Shown here in pieces: positions 36,789-48,451 of a stretch of DNA of 64,000 nucleotides. The first letter of the stretch is position 1; every line of letters starts with the position of its first letter. The stretch is from Adineta vaga (lineage: Eukaryota > Animalia > Rotifera). The position numbers and the translations under genes are program-made. The stretch covers positions 496,001-560,000 of the forward strand of contig CP075495.1 of the NCBI GenBank assembly GCA_021613535.1, read 5' to 3'. Below the pieces are notes generated by a model. The model did not search any database. It saw nothing but the letters and a program-made list of their open reading frames with translations, and was not told the DNA's origin.

Positions 36789-38811
36789 TTAATATCCTTG
36801 ACCAAGATTAACCAATTGTTGAACTGCATTAGCAATAGCATTGTAGAGTTGGGTGTTTGAACCAAGATATTGTTGAATTTCTGCTAATAATTGACTTGCA
36901 GCTACATTAGCATCGAGTTGACCACTAATGACATTTTGAGCAAGATTAAGAACTGATGCTTGAAGTGAAGCTAATTGAGGTTGTGAAAAAGCAACTATAG
37001 CTTGTTGAGCAAGAGCAGCAAATGGAGCAACTAAAGCCTGGATAGACAAAACAACAATAGATATTTAAAAAAAGGAATAAATTATTCTATTTACTGCATA
37101 TTCGGGATATTGAGCAACAATAGCTTCTAAATCACTAAGTTGTAATTGTCTGCTGATTGCTGGACGAGTTAAACCGGCACCACTAAGACTAATCACTTGT
37201 TGAATAGCATTAGCAATAGCATTGAACAGTTGAGTATTTGAGCCAAAATATTGTTGAAGTTCTCCCAATAATTCATTAGCAGCTGTGTTAACATCCATTT
37301 GACCACTGAACATACTTTGAGCAAGTTGAAAAACTTGTTGTCCAAGTGTTTGTAATTGACCTAGTGATAAAGTAGGAATAACTTGACCGGCAAGACCAGT
37401 AAGTTGATTGATCAAAGCCTATTGAAATAAGTAGATTGATCTTATGATAAAATAGTTTTCCTTACTGCATATTGTGGATATTGAGCAAGAAGTCCTTGTA
37501 AGTCGCTGGGTTTAAATTGATTAGCCAAGTTCAAAAGATCAGCTGGTGATGGAAATGCAACACGAGTGTTGGAGCGTGAAATGAAATTTGGTAAAACTGC
37601 TTGAGCAGCGTTGACTACTTGTTGAACAAATGATTGTACTGCATTGAATAATTGAGGATTTGAGCCAAGAATTGATTGAAGTTGTCCAAATAATTGACTG
37701 GCAGCTGCGTTAGCATCGATTTGACCACTGAAGACACTTTGAGCAAGTTGACAAACTTGTTGTCCGAGTGTTTGTAATTGACCTTGTGATAAAGCAGATG
37801 CAACTTGACCAGCAAGACTAGTAGCTTGATTAATCAAACCCTATTGAAACAAATAGATTGATCATAGAGTAAAATATATTTTCTTACTGCATATTGTGGA
37901 TATTGAGCAAGAAGTCCTTGTAAATCACTAGGTTTAAATTGATTAGCCAAATTCAAAAGATCAGCTGGTGATGGAAATGCAACACGAGTGTTGAAGCGTG
38001 AAATGAAATTTGGTAAAATTGCTTGAGCAGCGTTGACTACTTGTTGAACAAATGATTGTACTGCATTGAATAATTGAGGATTTGAAGCAAGAATTGATTG
38101 AAGTTGTCCTAATAATCGGCTGGCAGCAGCATTGACATTGAGTTTACCATTAAGAACTTTATCAGTGAGATCTTGTGTTAATTTTTGAAGTGACATTAAT
38201 TGAGCTGGTGACAAAAGAGGTAAAACTTGACTAGCAAGATCAGCAGCTTGATTAATCAAACCCTATAATGAAGTAAATAGATGATTGATGTGATAAAAGA
38301 TCTTTTCCTACTGCATATTGTGGATATTGAGCAATAACATCTTGTAAATCACCAACTTGGAATTGTTTACTTATTGCTGGACGAGCTAAACCAGAACCAC
38401 CAAGATTCACCAATTGTTGAACAATATTGGAAACAGTATTGAAAAGTTGAGTATTTGAACCAAGATATTGTTGAATTTCTGCTAAGAATTGACTTGCAGC
38501 TACATTAGCATCAAGATTACCACTAAGAACATTTTGAGCAAGTTGAAAAACTTGTTGTCCGATAGTTTGTAATTGACCTGAAGAAAGAGCATTAGTAATT
38601 TGAGCAGCAAGACCATTGAATTGATTAGCTAAATTCTATAATAGAAAAAAGACGAATAAAGATGAAAATAAACAAATGAAAATGTTTTTACATTTTGTGA
38701 AGCAAGTTGAGCAAGAACTGCATTGATATCATTGACTCCATTGAAGAGAGGTTTGCTTTGTACAAAAGCAATAGCGACGAGAAGAAAAGTGAATCCAATT
38801 GAAAGACGCAT
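36789..38811 (-). CDS. Secreted Gln/Ala/Leu-rich alpha-helical repeat protein, 6 exons, ~5 repeats
   Basis: Signal peptide MRLSIGFTFLLVAIAFVQS; repeats INQ...LAGQV...LS.GQLQTLGQQVFQLAQ.V.SG..D.N.AASQL..E.Q...GSN.QLFNA, each bounded by phase-0 introns after YPQYA. Confidence 0.85.
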
Positions 38812-39154
38812 ATTGGAAGATATTTCAGTTGAAAATTGACTGAAGAATATGAAAATTTTCAATCATTTTTATACTTTCAGTACGGAGAAAAAGAGATTAA
38901 TTTCCGATCACATGTTGATTTCTAATTAAATTGAATATTATTCTGTAGGTGGAAGATAGGATTAAAAAAATAACGAAAAACACAAAAATGGACGTATTAA
39001 GCTTTAATTCAAGGTTATGTCAATCTCATATCTAAGTACAGATTCAATTTTCAAAATTTAGACCATTGTTTTAGTAGTTTGGTACGAATTTTTTATTCCT
39101 TTTATTTGAAATATAACCCAACGAAGTAAGCCCTTCGCCTTCTTTTTAATTCAT

Positions 39155-39727
39155 TTATACAAAACAATATTCAAATTTAAATCCTGTACGCTCAAAACGA
39201 AGTAATTGTTGAAGAAAACCAATATTAGGACATGCACATGGACGTGCTTGATTTACACGTTGTACAGCTTCAATAGCATCAATCTGATATATAACCATTA
39301 AATAAGCAGCAACAATTGTCGCTGAACGAGATACACCTGCAGAACAATGAACTAGAACAGAACCATCATTTGCTTGTAATGATTTATGAATAAAATTCAA
39401 AGCAATTGGAAAATGTTTAGAAATTTCAAAATTATCAAGATCATGAGTATCCAGATTAAGAACAATTATATGTGGATATCCTGAAATAGTGAAAAAATCA
39501 TTTGCATACGATGTTGATCCTGTCATATTCAATATATATTTGATGCCATGATGTTTTAATTGATCTAAATTACGAGCATCAGGTGCAGAACCAAGAAATA
39601 ATCGATCACATATTAATGAAGGTGTTTCATCAGTATCTTCGAGAAGTTTACCAAACATTGAAGCATACAAACGACGTGCTTCTTTTAAAATCATTTCTTC
39701 ATTATTAGGTACATCAACATACGACAT
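39155..39727 (-). CDS. Dual-specificity protein phosphatase
   Basis: PS.I.DRLFLGS, VLVHCSAGVSRSAT.V.AYLM, R....PN.GFL.QL. Confidence 0.92.
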   Translation of the reverse strand: MSYVDVPNNEEMILKEARRLYASMFGKLLEDTDETPSLICDRLFLGSAPDARNLDQLKHHGIKYILNMTGSTSYANDFFTISGYPHIIVLNLDTHDLDNFEISKHFPIALNFIHKSLQANDGSVLVHCSAGVSRSATIVAAYLMVIYQIDAIEAVQRVNQARPCACPNIGFLQQLLRFERTGFKFEYCFV

Positions 39728-40028
39728 AATCTTCTACAATGATTTATAATTTCAAAAACATATCGATTAGTCAGTCCATTTGATCAATGAAAAGACGAAA
39801 ACAAAAGATGGCGCATGTGATTATATGAATTTTAAAGAACACATTACAAACTAAAACTAAATATTCAGATTTTGAAAGTTCTGTTCAATTGAAAAGCCAA
39901 GTTTCAAGTTTAAAATTACTACATTTCATCATAATCGTAAATGATTTATTCAAAATTCATTAACAAAAAAAATTAAAATTAATTACGTAAAAATTTTGTT
40001 TATTAGTTTGTATTTGATCATTTATATA

Positions 40029-42059
40029 TTAATATTGATTTATATCAGTTGGTGTGGTTGAAGCCGTATCATAATAATCGGGATAGTCAACTATATGTCT
40101 ATTTGAATTCGTTTCATTTTGTATTATTTGTTCAGTTCCTGGATGAAATATATTAAATAAATATTTTCGATCAATATATTGTGGTGTTGTTGAATCATCT
40201 TCAATTTTCGATACAACAGTTGTTAAATCATCAATTATATTAGAAGAATAGAATGGAATGATTTCTTCTTCAACAAATTTATCTTCATCTATAATTGAAG
40301 TCGTTTCATATGTAGGTAAATCTTCTGATGATGTTGTAGAATATACAGTAGTTAAATTCGACTCATCTTCGATATGTTTTGATTCGTTTTCAGCGATTGA
40401 AACGAAAGTTAATGTACATTCTGAATATGTGGAATATTGTCCTTCGTTTTCATCATCTGATTTTGTCACATTTTCACAACGTTCAATTACCTGATAATTG
40501 TTATCGTCATTTTCATCCGATGTTGATACAGTCGTTGTTACATCGACTATTTCTTCGGATTTCTCATCTTCATTTTCATTTAAATGAGATTTACCTTGAA
40601 CTATTGTTGATGTTTCAAGAAGATATGGATTAATCGAAGTAAAGTCATTGACCATAGTTGTAGGAGCGATTGTTGAAATTGTTTCCTCTACCATCGAGTT
40701 ATTATCAGATTCTGATGCTGTTGTACTAATCGATGTGTTGTCGATTATCGGAAGATAAGTTCGTGTACAATTTAAATTTGCTGAATGTTGTTCATCATTT
40801 TCATCTTCAGATCTTGTCATATTTACACAATCATCCATTACTTGATAGTTATTCTCTTCAAGATCAGTAGTCGACGGAGTAGTTGTAGAGGCAAAACTTA
40901 ATTCGTGGATAATTGCTGTGGTATGTGTTTCATCATTTGTTGTCGCATCGATTTTATTCAAATCAGATTCATCTTGAATTGTCGTTGATGTTATTCGAAA
41001 GTTTTTTAAGTATAATTCTAATTCATTAACTTTTAAATCAAATCTTTGTATATCTTTATAAGAAATAAGTGATTCACCAAATGGAATAATCGTATAATTT
41101 TGTTTGAGAACAATATAAAGAATATTCATTCGTTTAATTATAGATCCAAGATTAGATAGTTGATGAATAAGATGATCATCTGTTAAAGTTAAATTCAAAT
41201 TGTTGTACATGGATTCAAAATTATTAAAAAAATTATTGAAAAGAATTTGTTTCTTTTGAGCTGATGTTGATCTTTCTATCATAGAATTGAAATTTTGACG
41301 ATGATGACGAATACGTTCTTCAACGCTCGAAATTAATGTTCCCAATTGTTCAACTTCTCTTGTAACACTATTCGCTTCTGAATCAAGAACGAAAAGATTA
41401 TCACGTTGTGTTTCCATTTCAGTTTTCAATTTTTTACAAGAAATCCAACAAGCTGAATAAGCTTTCGCTGCTTTCTGAAACAATTGAGATTGTTCTAATA
41501 GAGACGTATATAACTCTTTGGCACGCGTTTGTCTATTAGATATTCTCTGTTGAACAGTAGAGAGATAAGCGCGTAAATTGATTAAACATTTCTCATGTGA
41601 ATCAATGATTGGTTGAAAATTATTCGAACGATTTACCTTCACAAACGGATCCAACATTGTAACAGCTTGAAGAAATGTTAAAGTCAACGTTCTCATTGAC
41701 GATTGAAGTGTAGTGATATTTATTGAATTTTCATTATCATGATTAAGTAACGTTTCGACAAGTTCAGTACGAATTATACGATAGGCTTTGGCATAAAATG
41801 GAACAACAGTTAAACGTACAGTGAATCGATAATCAATGGTTGAATCAATAAATGGTCCATTGAATAAATTAGATGAACAATGTTCTAAATTATTCAATTG
41901 AATCAAATGAAATTGAGGATAATGAAATGTATTGAACATCTTAAGTTTTATATTTCGATCGATTTCTTCAATTTTTTCATTCGATTTCGAAATAATAACA
42001 TTTTGTATCGAATAGAATGGAATTATTATTAATAGAAAAACATTGAATAATGATATCAT
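40029..42059 (-). CDS. Secreted protein with coiled-coil region and acidic Thr/Ser-rich C-terminal half
   Basis: 676-aa ORF with signal peptide, heptad-rich middle and a twice-repeated NNYQV..C.N.T.S.DEN..Q.S...CT.T motif. Confidence 0.75.
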   Translation of the reverse strand: MISLFNVFLLIIIPFYSIQNVIISKSNEKIEEIDRNIKLKMFNTFHYPQFHLIQLNNLEHCSSNLFNGPFIDSTIDYRFTVRLTVVPFYAKAYRIIRTELVETLLNHDNENSINITTLQSSMRTLTLTFLQAVTMLDPFVKVNRSNNFQPIIDSHEKCLINLRAYLSTVQQRISNRQTRAKELYTSLLEQSQLFQKAAKAYSACWISCKKLKTEMETQRDNLFVLDSEANSVTREVEQLGTLISSVEERIRHHRQNFNSMIERSTSAQKKQILFNNFFNNFESMYNNLNLTLTDDHLIHQLSNLGSIIKRMNILYIVLKQNYTIIPFGESLISYKDIQRFDLKVNELELYLKNFRITSTTIQDESDLNKIDATTNDETHTTAIIHELSFASTTTPSTTDLEENNYQVMDDCVNMTRSEDENDEQHSANLNCTRTYLPIIDNTSISTTASESDNNSMVEETISTIAPTTMVNDFTSINPYLLETSTIVQGKSHLNENEDEKSEEIVDVTTTVSTSDENDDNNYQVIERCENVTKSDDENEGQYSTYSECTLTFVSIAENESKHIEDESNLTTVYSTTSSEDLPTYETTSIIDEDKFVEEEIIPFYSSNIIDDLTTVVSKIEDDSTTPQYIDRKYLFNIFHPGTEQIIQNETNSNRHIVDYPDYYDTASTTPTDINQY

Positions 42060-42695
42060 TGTATTATAAAAAAATGATTTGAATGTGAAGAGAAAAATGA
42101 AGATTGTTTTATATGATTAGAATTGAATGTGCACATCTATCATCATGAAAAGTCTAAAGTTTAATTTAGTTCTAAATAGAAATATGATCTCTAAACAAGA
42201 AACTATTCTATTGATAAGACGAGTCATGTGAAGTAATAAAACTATTTATATTTTCTTCTACTCAAATTTCTTTTTATTTTGTGTCCATCAAATATAAATC
42301 ATTTACATAAACAATACATATAAAGATTTTTATATTGAAAATAATACTATGATCATATTGTTTTCACACTCTAAAAAGAAAAGAATACTATTATAATTAA
42401 ATAATTGCGAAAAAATTACTTGAATTTTCTAATTTCTTTCATATCATAGTTTTCAATAGATTGATTATGATCATAACGACGAATTTGATGTTTCTTTATA
42501 TCATTCATAAGTCGTTGAACATAAATTCCTACTTCCTATAAGAAGAAAAAAATCCTATTCAATGTACTATGTAAAAATAACTAAATTATACATATTGATC
42601 CATTCGTGATATATTTTTTCTCGTTATCCATAAATGTTCTGTTGGTCTCATTCTAAATATACAAAATGAGATGGAATTTTTATTTGTATATTTTT

Positions 42696-43490
42696 TTACT
42701 TGTTTTTCCATTCTAAATTAATATATTGATTGTATTTGAAGAATACTTGTTGTGTCTCTTGAATTTCTTCTGTAGTAAATTGTGCTAATTCAAAAGCTTC
42801 CGAATGATTTCTTAAAAATGTTGATAATTCCATCTTTTCCTTTTCGTCATTTGAACAATGTTGTGAATAATGTCTAATGAAATTTTCAGCTTTGTGTACT
42901 TCATAGTTTCTCTTATTTTTATCTGTTAAATATTGGACAAGACGAGGCAATGACATATTAAATTCTTTAGCAACTTTTTCAAAAATTTTGATAGTTTTAA
43001 GAGATCTCGTCATTGAAATCTCCATGGTATACAACTCTCGTAATGTTTTGACACGTGTGGCATGTAATGGTTCTATACGTTGAAGTAACATATGTTTATT
43101 TATTTCATCAATAACTATTGAATATAAATCACTCATAAAATATTGTTTTGTTTGTTGACGATAATCTTCTATTATATTTTGAGCAATGATTTCAAATGAA
43201 TATTGAAATACTTTTTTGACTTGTTTAATTCGATCAGATTTTTCTGCTAATGTCATATCAACTGTGGTCAAAATTGTTTCATAGACCGTTTTTATCGTTT
43301 GAAAACCTTCTTTTTTAGTCCAAACATCATTAAACATCTTTTCAGACTTGTTAATACATGTATCTATTATAGAATCACTAGATGATTTTTGTTCATATCC
43401 AACATTGATTTTGTACAAGTTCGTAAAAGTTTTCATCAAATTTACGATTGATTGACAGACACGAATCTTTGTTGTTGACATCTGCGTCAC
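42696..43490 (-). CDS. Hypothetical helical protein (5' end or upstream exon uncertain)
   Basis: 264-codon open frame in AT-rich DNA; no recognised motif. Confidence 0.6.
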   Translation of the reverse strand: MTQMSTTKIRVCQSIVNLMKTFTNLYKINVGYEQKSSSDSIIDTCINKSEKMFNDVWTKKEGFQTIKTVYETILTTVDMTLAEKSDRIKQVKKVFQYSFEIIAQNIIEDYRQQTKQYFMSDLYSIVIDEINKHMLLQRIEPLHATRVKTLRELYTMEISMTRSLKTIKIFEKVAKEFNMSLPRLVQYLTDKNKRNYEVHKAENFIRHYSQHCSNDEKEKMELSTFLRNHSEAFELAQFTTEEIQETQQVFFKYNQYINLEWKNK

Positions 43491-43678
43491 TAAAGTGGAA
43501 ATGAAAGCATTAATTAATCATTAAGTGAAACGACGTATATGAAAAGAAAAGAAAAGCGTTTTCTTTTGTATTGACAAAGTCGATTCCTAAAGTAACAGTT
43601 GGAAAAAAAATTTTCTTTTCCTTTTCAAAAACTATACTTAAAACCGACTGATTTTGTTTTTTTTTTACAATGTAAAAA

Positions 43679-44680
43679 ATGCAAACAATAAGAAAAGTTA
43701 TACCAAAGTTATTTTCCCGTCAAATTGTTATTCGAAATAGTTCAATTTCCAATAATAATATATATAATGATCTTCATGCGTTATTGAATAATTTACGTAA
43801 AAAATCCCTTTTAACTAATGAATTAAATAATAAATTGGTACAACATATCATTCAATGTGATCATTCGATATCTGGTAATGAAAGAACTATGATTGAACCT
43901 TATTACAATGATTTAATACAATTAAATCAAAAGAATAATTATGTTAATAAGTATAATAATGATCAAATTCAACTTCTATCAACAAATTTATTAGAAACAA
44001 TGGAATATGAGAAATATTCTATAGTTGAATTATTAATTAAATTAAAAATGATTTTTAGTGATTTATTAAAAGATCCTCAGAATGTCGATGAAAACACTGA
44101 TGAATGGTTTTCAACACCTTCAAGTGAACATGATCAATTATTAAATGAACTTATCAATGCTCCATTAGATGATATACGTATCTTTCTTGAAGAACATGGA
44201 AAAACTTTTGAAACCTATTTCACAACAGAAATTCTTGATGAACTTGTTCATCGTATTTCCAATAATATTTATAATTCAAAAGATTTCCTTGATAAACTCT
44301 GCAATTTTCTGAAGAATACAATGACTAATAAATATAGTCCATTAACAGCAATAGATTTGATTATTTATATTCAAGATCAATATTATTCAGAAGAAAAATT
44401 CAAATATCGACGTTTATTACAGAAATTTGATGAAGTTGAACCGAAAATTTTTACATTAGAAAACTTTTATCAGACAGTTAAAATCAATCCTGTTTTTACG
44501 GCAAATATTGAACAATCATTTGAAAAACTCTTTCGAAATTACTGTCAAAAATACTTAAAGTCATTTCCAACCGAATCAATTTCAATAGAAAAACATAATA
44601 CTAAACAAACAACAACACAGACAAGATTCAATGAAACAAATTATTCTCGTTATCAGCATATTTATGGCATGTCTCATTAA
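43679..44680 (+). CDS. Hypothetical protein with possible mitochondrial presequence
   Basis: 333-aa ORF; basic, acid-free N-terminus MQTIRKVIPKLFSRQIVIRNSS; divergent from 42696-43490. Confidence 0.65.
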   Translation: MQTIRKVIPKLFSRQIVIRNSSISNNNIYNDLHALLNNLRKKSLLTNELNNKLVQHIIQCDHSISGNERTMIEPYYNDLIQLNQKNNYVNKYNNDQIQLLSTNLLETMEYEKYSIVELLIKLKMIFSDLLKDPQNVDENTDEWFSTPSSEHDQLLNELINAPLDDIRIFLEEHGKTFETYFTTEILDELVHRISNNIYNSKDFLDKLCNFLKNTMTNKYSPLTAIDLIIYIQDQYYSEEKFKYRRLLQKFDEVEPKIFTLENFYQTVKINPVFTANIEQSFEKLFRNYCQKYLKSFPTESISIEKHNTKQTTTQTRFNETNYSRYQHIYGMSH

Positions 44681-44987
44681 ACGTTTGTCAATTTCTATAC
44701 ATTGTAAATATTTATAACACATATTTTTTATTCAAACACTCACAAAATGTTTCGAATTGTCGTTTATTTCATCATATTGAATTATTTTTATTATATTCTT
44801 ATCTCTCCAGTAAAAAATTAGTTTCTAATAAGATAAGATATATGATCAACTTGTTTTTTTTCAGTTCTTCTATTTCCGCTATCGTCAATGATAAATTTAA
44901 TATAATTTCATTTGAATATTCAAATATCAATTAAAATTTTATCTAATTATAATACTTTATAAAAGATTTTCCGAATCAAATAGTTTG

Positions 44988-45695
44988 ATGATGACATATG
45001 AAAGTTCTCAAATTGATTTTCAAGCAACTGAAAAACCTGAACGATCACATATAACTTTAACTGAATATGTTAAACCAAACGCACAACAATTATTACCTTG
45101 TTTATTTCATTTTGAAAATTTACCTTCAAATCCAAGTGAAGATCAATCTGAAGAAGAATTTGTTACATTAGATCGATATGTTCAATTAAAATGTCAAAAA
45201 TCTGAATGGTTAGAAATGGATCAATTATTTTCCTCATCAATGGATTCAACTGTTGATAAACATCATAATCCAATGATTCGACGTGTTGAATGTACAAGAC
45301 CAAAATTTGTACGTCAAAAAACAATTCGTATGAGAACATCAATGGAACAACGTATGATAAAAGAATCACAAACATTTGAAAATGAAAAATATGAAGATCG
45401 AATACTTCGATTAGTTGAACATATAAGACAAACAGTTTCTTGTCAGAATTTTCTTGATATACATCAACCATTTAGTTATCGAAAAGAACAAAGTTGCGAT
45501 TTACAAAAAATTCAATCAATGAATAAAAGAAATGCTCAAATAACAATGTTAAATTCATATGTTGGACAAATGGATTTAGTAGAAATATTAAGTGTTAAAT
45601 CATGGATTACACCCTATTATCGACATGAAAATGACGATTTTATATCAGAATATCAAGTAAAACAAACAAAGAAAAACTTCTTTACAAGTTGTTAG
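44988..45695 (+). CDS. Hypothetical protein
   Basis: ~235-codon ORF followed by aataaa at ~45759. Confidence 0.6.
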   Translation: MMTYESSQIDFQATEKPERSHITLTEYVKPNAQQLLPCLFHFENLPSNPSEDQSEEEFVTLDRYVQLKCQKSEWLEMDQLFSSSMDSTVDKHHNPMIRRVECTRPKFVRQKTIRMRTSMEQRMIKESQTFENEKYEDRILRLVEHIRQTVSCQNFLDIHQPFSYRKEQSCDLQKIQSMNKRNAQITMLNSYVGQMDLVEILSVKSWITPYYRHENDDFISEYQVKQTKKNFFTSC

Positions 45696-46148
45696 TTGTG
45701 GATTATTTAAATGTTTACGGCGTGTTTAATATTTATTTAGAAAAATGATTTTAATATGAATAAATTAATTCTAAATTCTCAAATATTCGTCTAAATGATT
45801 TATTCTCGTAGTGAAAAATCTTCTCCAATTATTAGAATCGAATTCAAATTTAATATGTAGACGTGCATGAGATGTAACGTTTTCTGAATTTATTTTTATA
45901 CGTTTTTTTAATCAAATCTATCTAGTTTGATACATACCACATATATTGTTTATTATTTGATAAAGATATAAATTTTCTGTTGATATTGCGTACCTTGAAA
46001 GAACGACATAACGTTTTATTCATTTATTGACGACTTTTTCAACGTGTTCTCTCACAATTTCGCTGCATTACTATCTATTTTAGGTTTTGTATCTAAACTA
46101 AACTTACTAATCTTTTAATGAATTATACATATTCTTTATTCAACTAAG

Positions 46149-46544
46149 TACCCATATCAAATCGAGCATTACCCAACTGGATGCGATAAAACTACATGTT
46201 TTTGTACATCGAGTAGTATAATTCTTAGTAATGTCGAAAGTCAGCAAACTTCGTATACAAGTTCCATTTATAGTGATGTTTGTCCACAAACACCTTTGAA
46301 CGTTGATTCAATCATTGCAATGCCAACAAGTTTCACTGCTCAAGTACTATTCTTACATCAACCAAATGGAATAAGACTTACTGAAGATAGTCGACAAATA
46401 ATATTTATCAATCCTATATTTCCTAATTGTAATGGTGATGCTATTCGAAAAAACGGTGCTTTTTCGTCAATTGGAACGAGTTCAATTGTCATTGTCATTG
46501 TCATATTAAGTGTTTTAGTTGCAACTAAACAACTAATGATATAA
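46149..46544 (+). CDS. Small Cys-containing protein with hydrophobic C-terminus (likely GPI-anchored); first exon not resolved
   Basis: Frame is open upstream of ORF 46296 (YPYQIEHYPTGCDKTTCFCTSS...VCPQ...FPNC.G.AIRKNGA + hydrophobic tail). Confidence 0.5.
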   Translation, partial: YPYQIEHYPTGCDKTTCFCTSSSIILSNVESQQTSYTSSIYSDVCPQTPLNVDSIIAMPTSFTAQVLFLHQPNGIRLTEDSRQIIFINPIFPNCNGDAIRKNGAFSSIGTSSIVIVIVILSVLVATKQLMI

Positions 46545-46712
46545 AACTCATATATTCTATTCGAACTTCTTTCGTTATTTACACTTTATTTAGTTAGAAA
46601 TTCTTTTCTTTTCTTTTAGAAAATTGATTTCCACCAGGGACTTATATCTGAAAAATAGAAAACGATTATATATGTTTAGCTTTGCTGTGTAAGTACAATG
46701 TTGACAAAGCAA

Positions 46713-47216
46713 GTAAGAAAAGTTAGCAACATATTCAAGTATTTTTTGCCAGGATTCGCCTGTAAACTTGTGCTAGCCTCCGAAAAGGTTGTGTTGGATG
46801 CAGAATTTACTTCCCTATCGAATGGTGACATTTTTAATAGGGTTCACCATCCAAAAACTAAAGTTTTCGACGAAAGACCGGTGTTTTCACCCATTTTTTG
46901 GACTTAAAGCTTTTGTATTTCTTGCCCGGATTCGCCTGAGAACCTGTGCTGTGTCTAAGAATGGTTGTGTTGAATTCAGAACTTGATTATCCATCAAAGG
47001 ATGTAGTTTTTGAAGAGGGTCACCGAGAAAAAAAATCGTCACACCCATACACCCACACCCACACTTAGATCTTCGCCTCCGGTAATACCCCTCAAGACCT
47101 ACATCATTTGATATAGAATTAAATTCGGCATCCAACACAACCTTTTCGGAGGCCAGCACAAGTTTACAGGCGAATCCTGGCAAAAAATACTTGAATATGG
47201 TGCTAACTTTGCCTAC
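46713..47216. mobile_element. Fold-back MITE with ~120-bp TIRs
   Basis: 46713-46830 is the reverse complement of ~47098-47216 (aaagttagca.catattcaagtattttttgccaggattcgcctgtaaacttgtgct.gcctccgaaaaggttgtgttggatgc); it generates the mirror ORFs 46698+ and 46887-. Confidence 0.88.
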
Positions 47217-47815
47217 GTCACAGAAGAAGAAAAAACAAAAGTTGTCACCGACAATGAATTGAATCACTGATATACGATATGTAAGAAGCTCATATGTTTT
47301 GTATATTATTGTAACGTTATAAACAAGTCAGATGAAAGTTCCCAGTGATATGTAGTTACAAGAATGATTGATTCAAAGCCACCAATTACAGAATAGAACT
47401 ATCTCGTAAGTAATCAGTGCATTTGATAAGATTAGGATCCTTATGCTTGATAAAAGCGATACACGTTATAAGTATTTGACATCCACCTCGGATAAAAAAT
47501 GTCAAAATTAATATCTATATGTGAGTCAATAGAAAGAATAAATGAAGCATGAAGACGTAGCACAATAATATAAAGATTGACAAATAAACGAAAATGAGTG
47601 TGCTGACGGACAGATATGTCTTGTCGGAATTGTCCAATGATCTTCTATCGAAAAAATTCAATCGGTCGACGACGAAAATGTTTGTGCTGAACATTTGAGA
47701 GAGAGAGAGAAAAAAAAGCTGGCATGATTTTTTTTCTTCTATTCAATGTCGATAAATGGACTATAAAATGTTACCCAAATATAATTCATATCATTTATTT
47801 CTCTTCGGTGGAAAA

Positions 47816-48165
47816 ATGAATAACATTAGAATGTTGTGTAGTTTGGTATTGTTGATAATGTAAGTTATTGATGAGTATGTTGAATACTTCATTGTAGATT
47901 ATGATTATTGTTTTATTGTAGTCTATTTGATATCACTTTTGCTCGTACAAGAAGTTTTAATTGTCCAGAAGAAGATATTGATAAAGGATGTAAACATCCA
48001 CTATCATGTCTCTATCCGAATCCTAATAATTGTCAAGAATTTATTCAATGTGATGATGCAGGTAGAGTTTATTATAAAAAATGCACGGGTGGATTACATT
48101 GGAATGATATTATCAAAAATTGTGATGAACCGCGTCGTGTAAAATGTAAAGTCCGTGGTTATTAA
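47816..48165 (+). CDS. Small secreted chitin-binding type-2 (peritrophin-A) domain protein, 2 exons
   Basis: Exon 47816-47859 (signal), intron, then C...YPNPNNCQEFIQC...KCTGGLHWND..KNCD.P..VKC. Confidence 0.88.
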
Positions 48166-48451
48166 TGAAATGTTCAATCTTTTCTTGTCTCGCAAAATTA
48201 CATAAAGTTTCATTTGTTTGTTCAATGTAAACGATATTATTTGATGAAAACAATTAATAAACGATTTATCTGCTTTTATTATCTTAGTGACTTTACTGAA
48301 AAGATGTTAGCGAAATCTTCAGAAATGAAGACTTGGAGATTAGGACGAACACCCGCACCCTCACCCTAGCAAATATAGATGATGTTTGTTTATTCTGTAT
48401 TGCAATATTAAAAGAAAAAAAAGATTGTCATTTAATTAGATTTGACATTTC

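Noticed and set aside
46698-47267. ORFs 46698+, 46789+ and 46887- sharing KYFLPGFACKLVLASEKVVLDAEF
   Set aside because: By-products of the MITE's inverted arms
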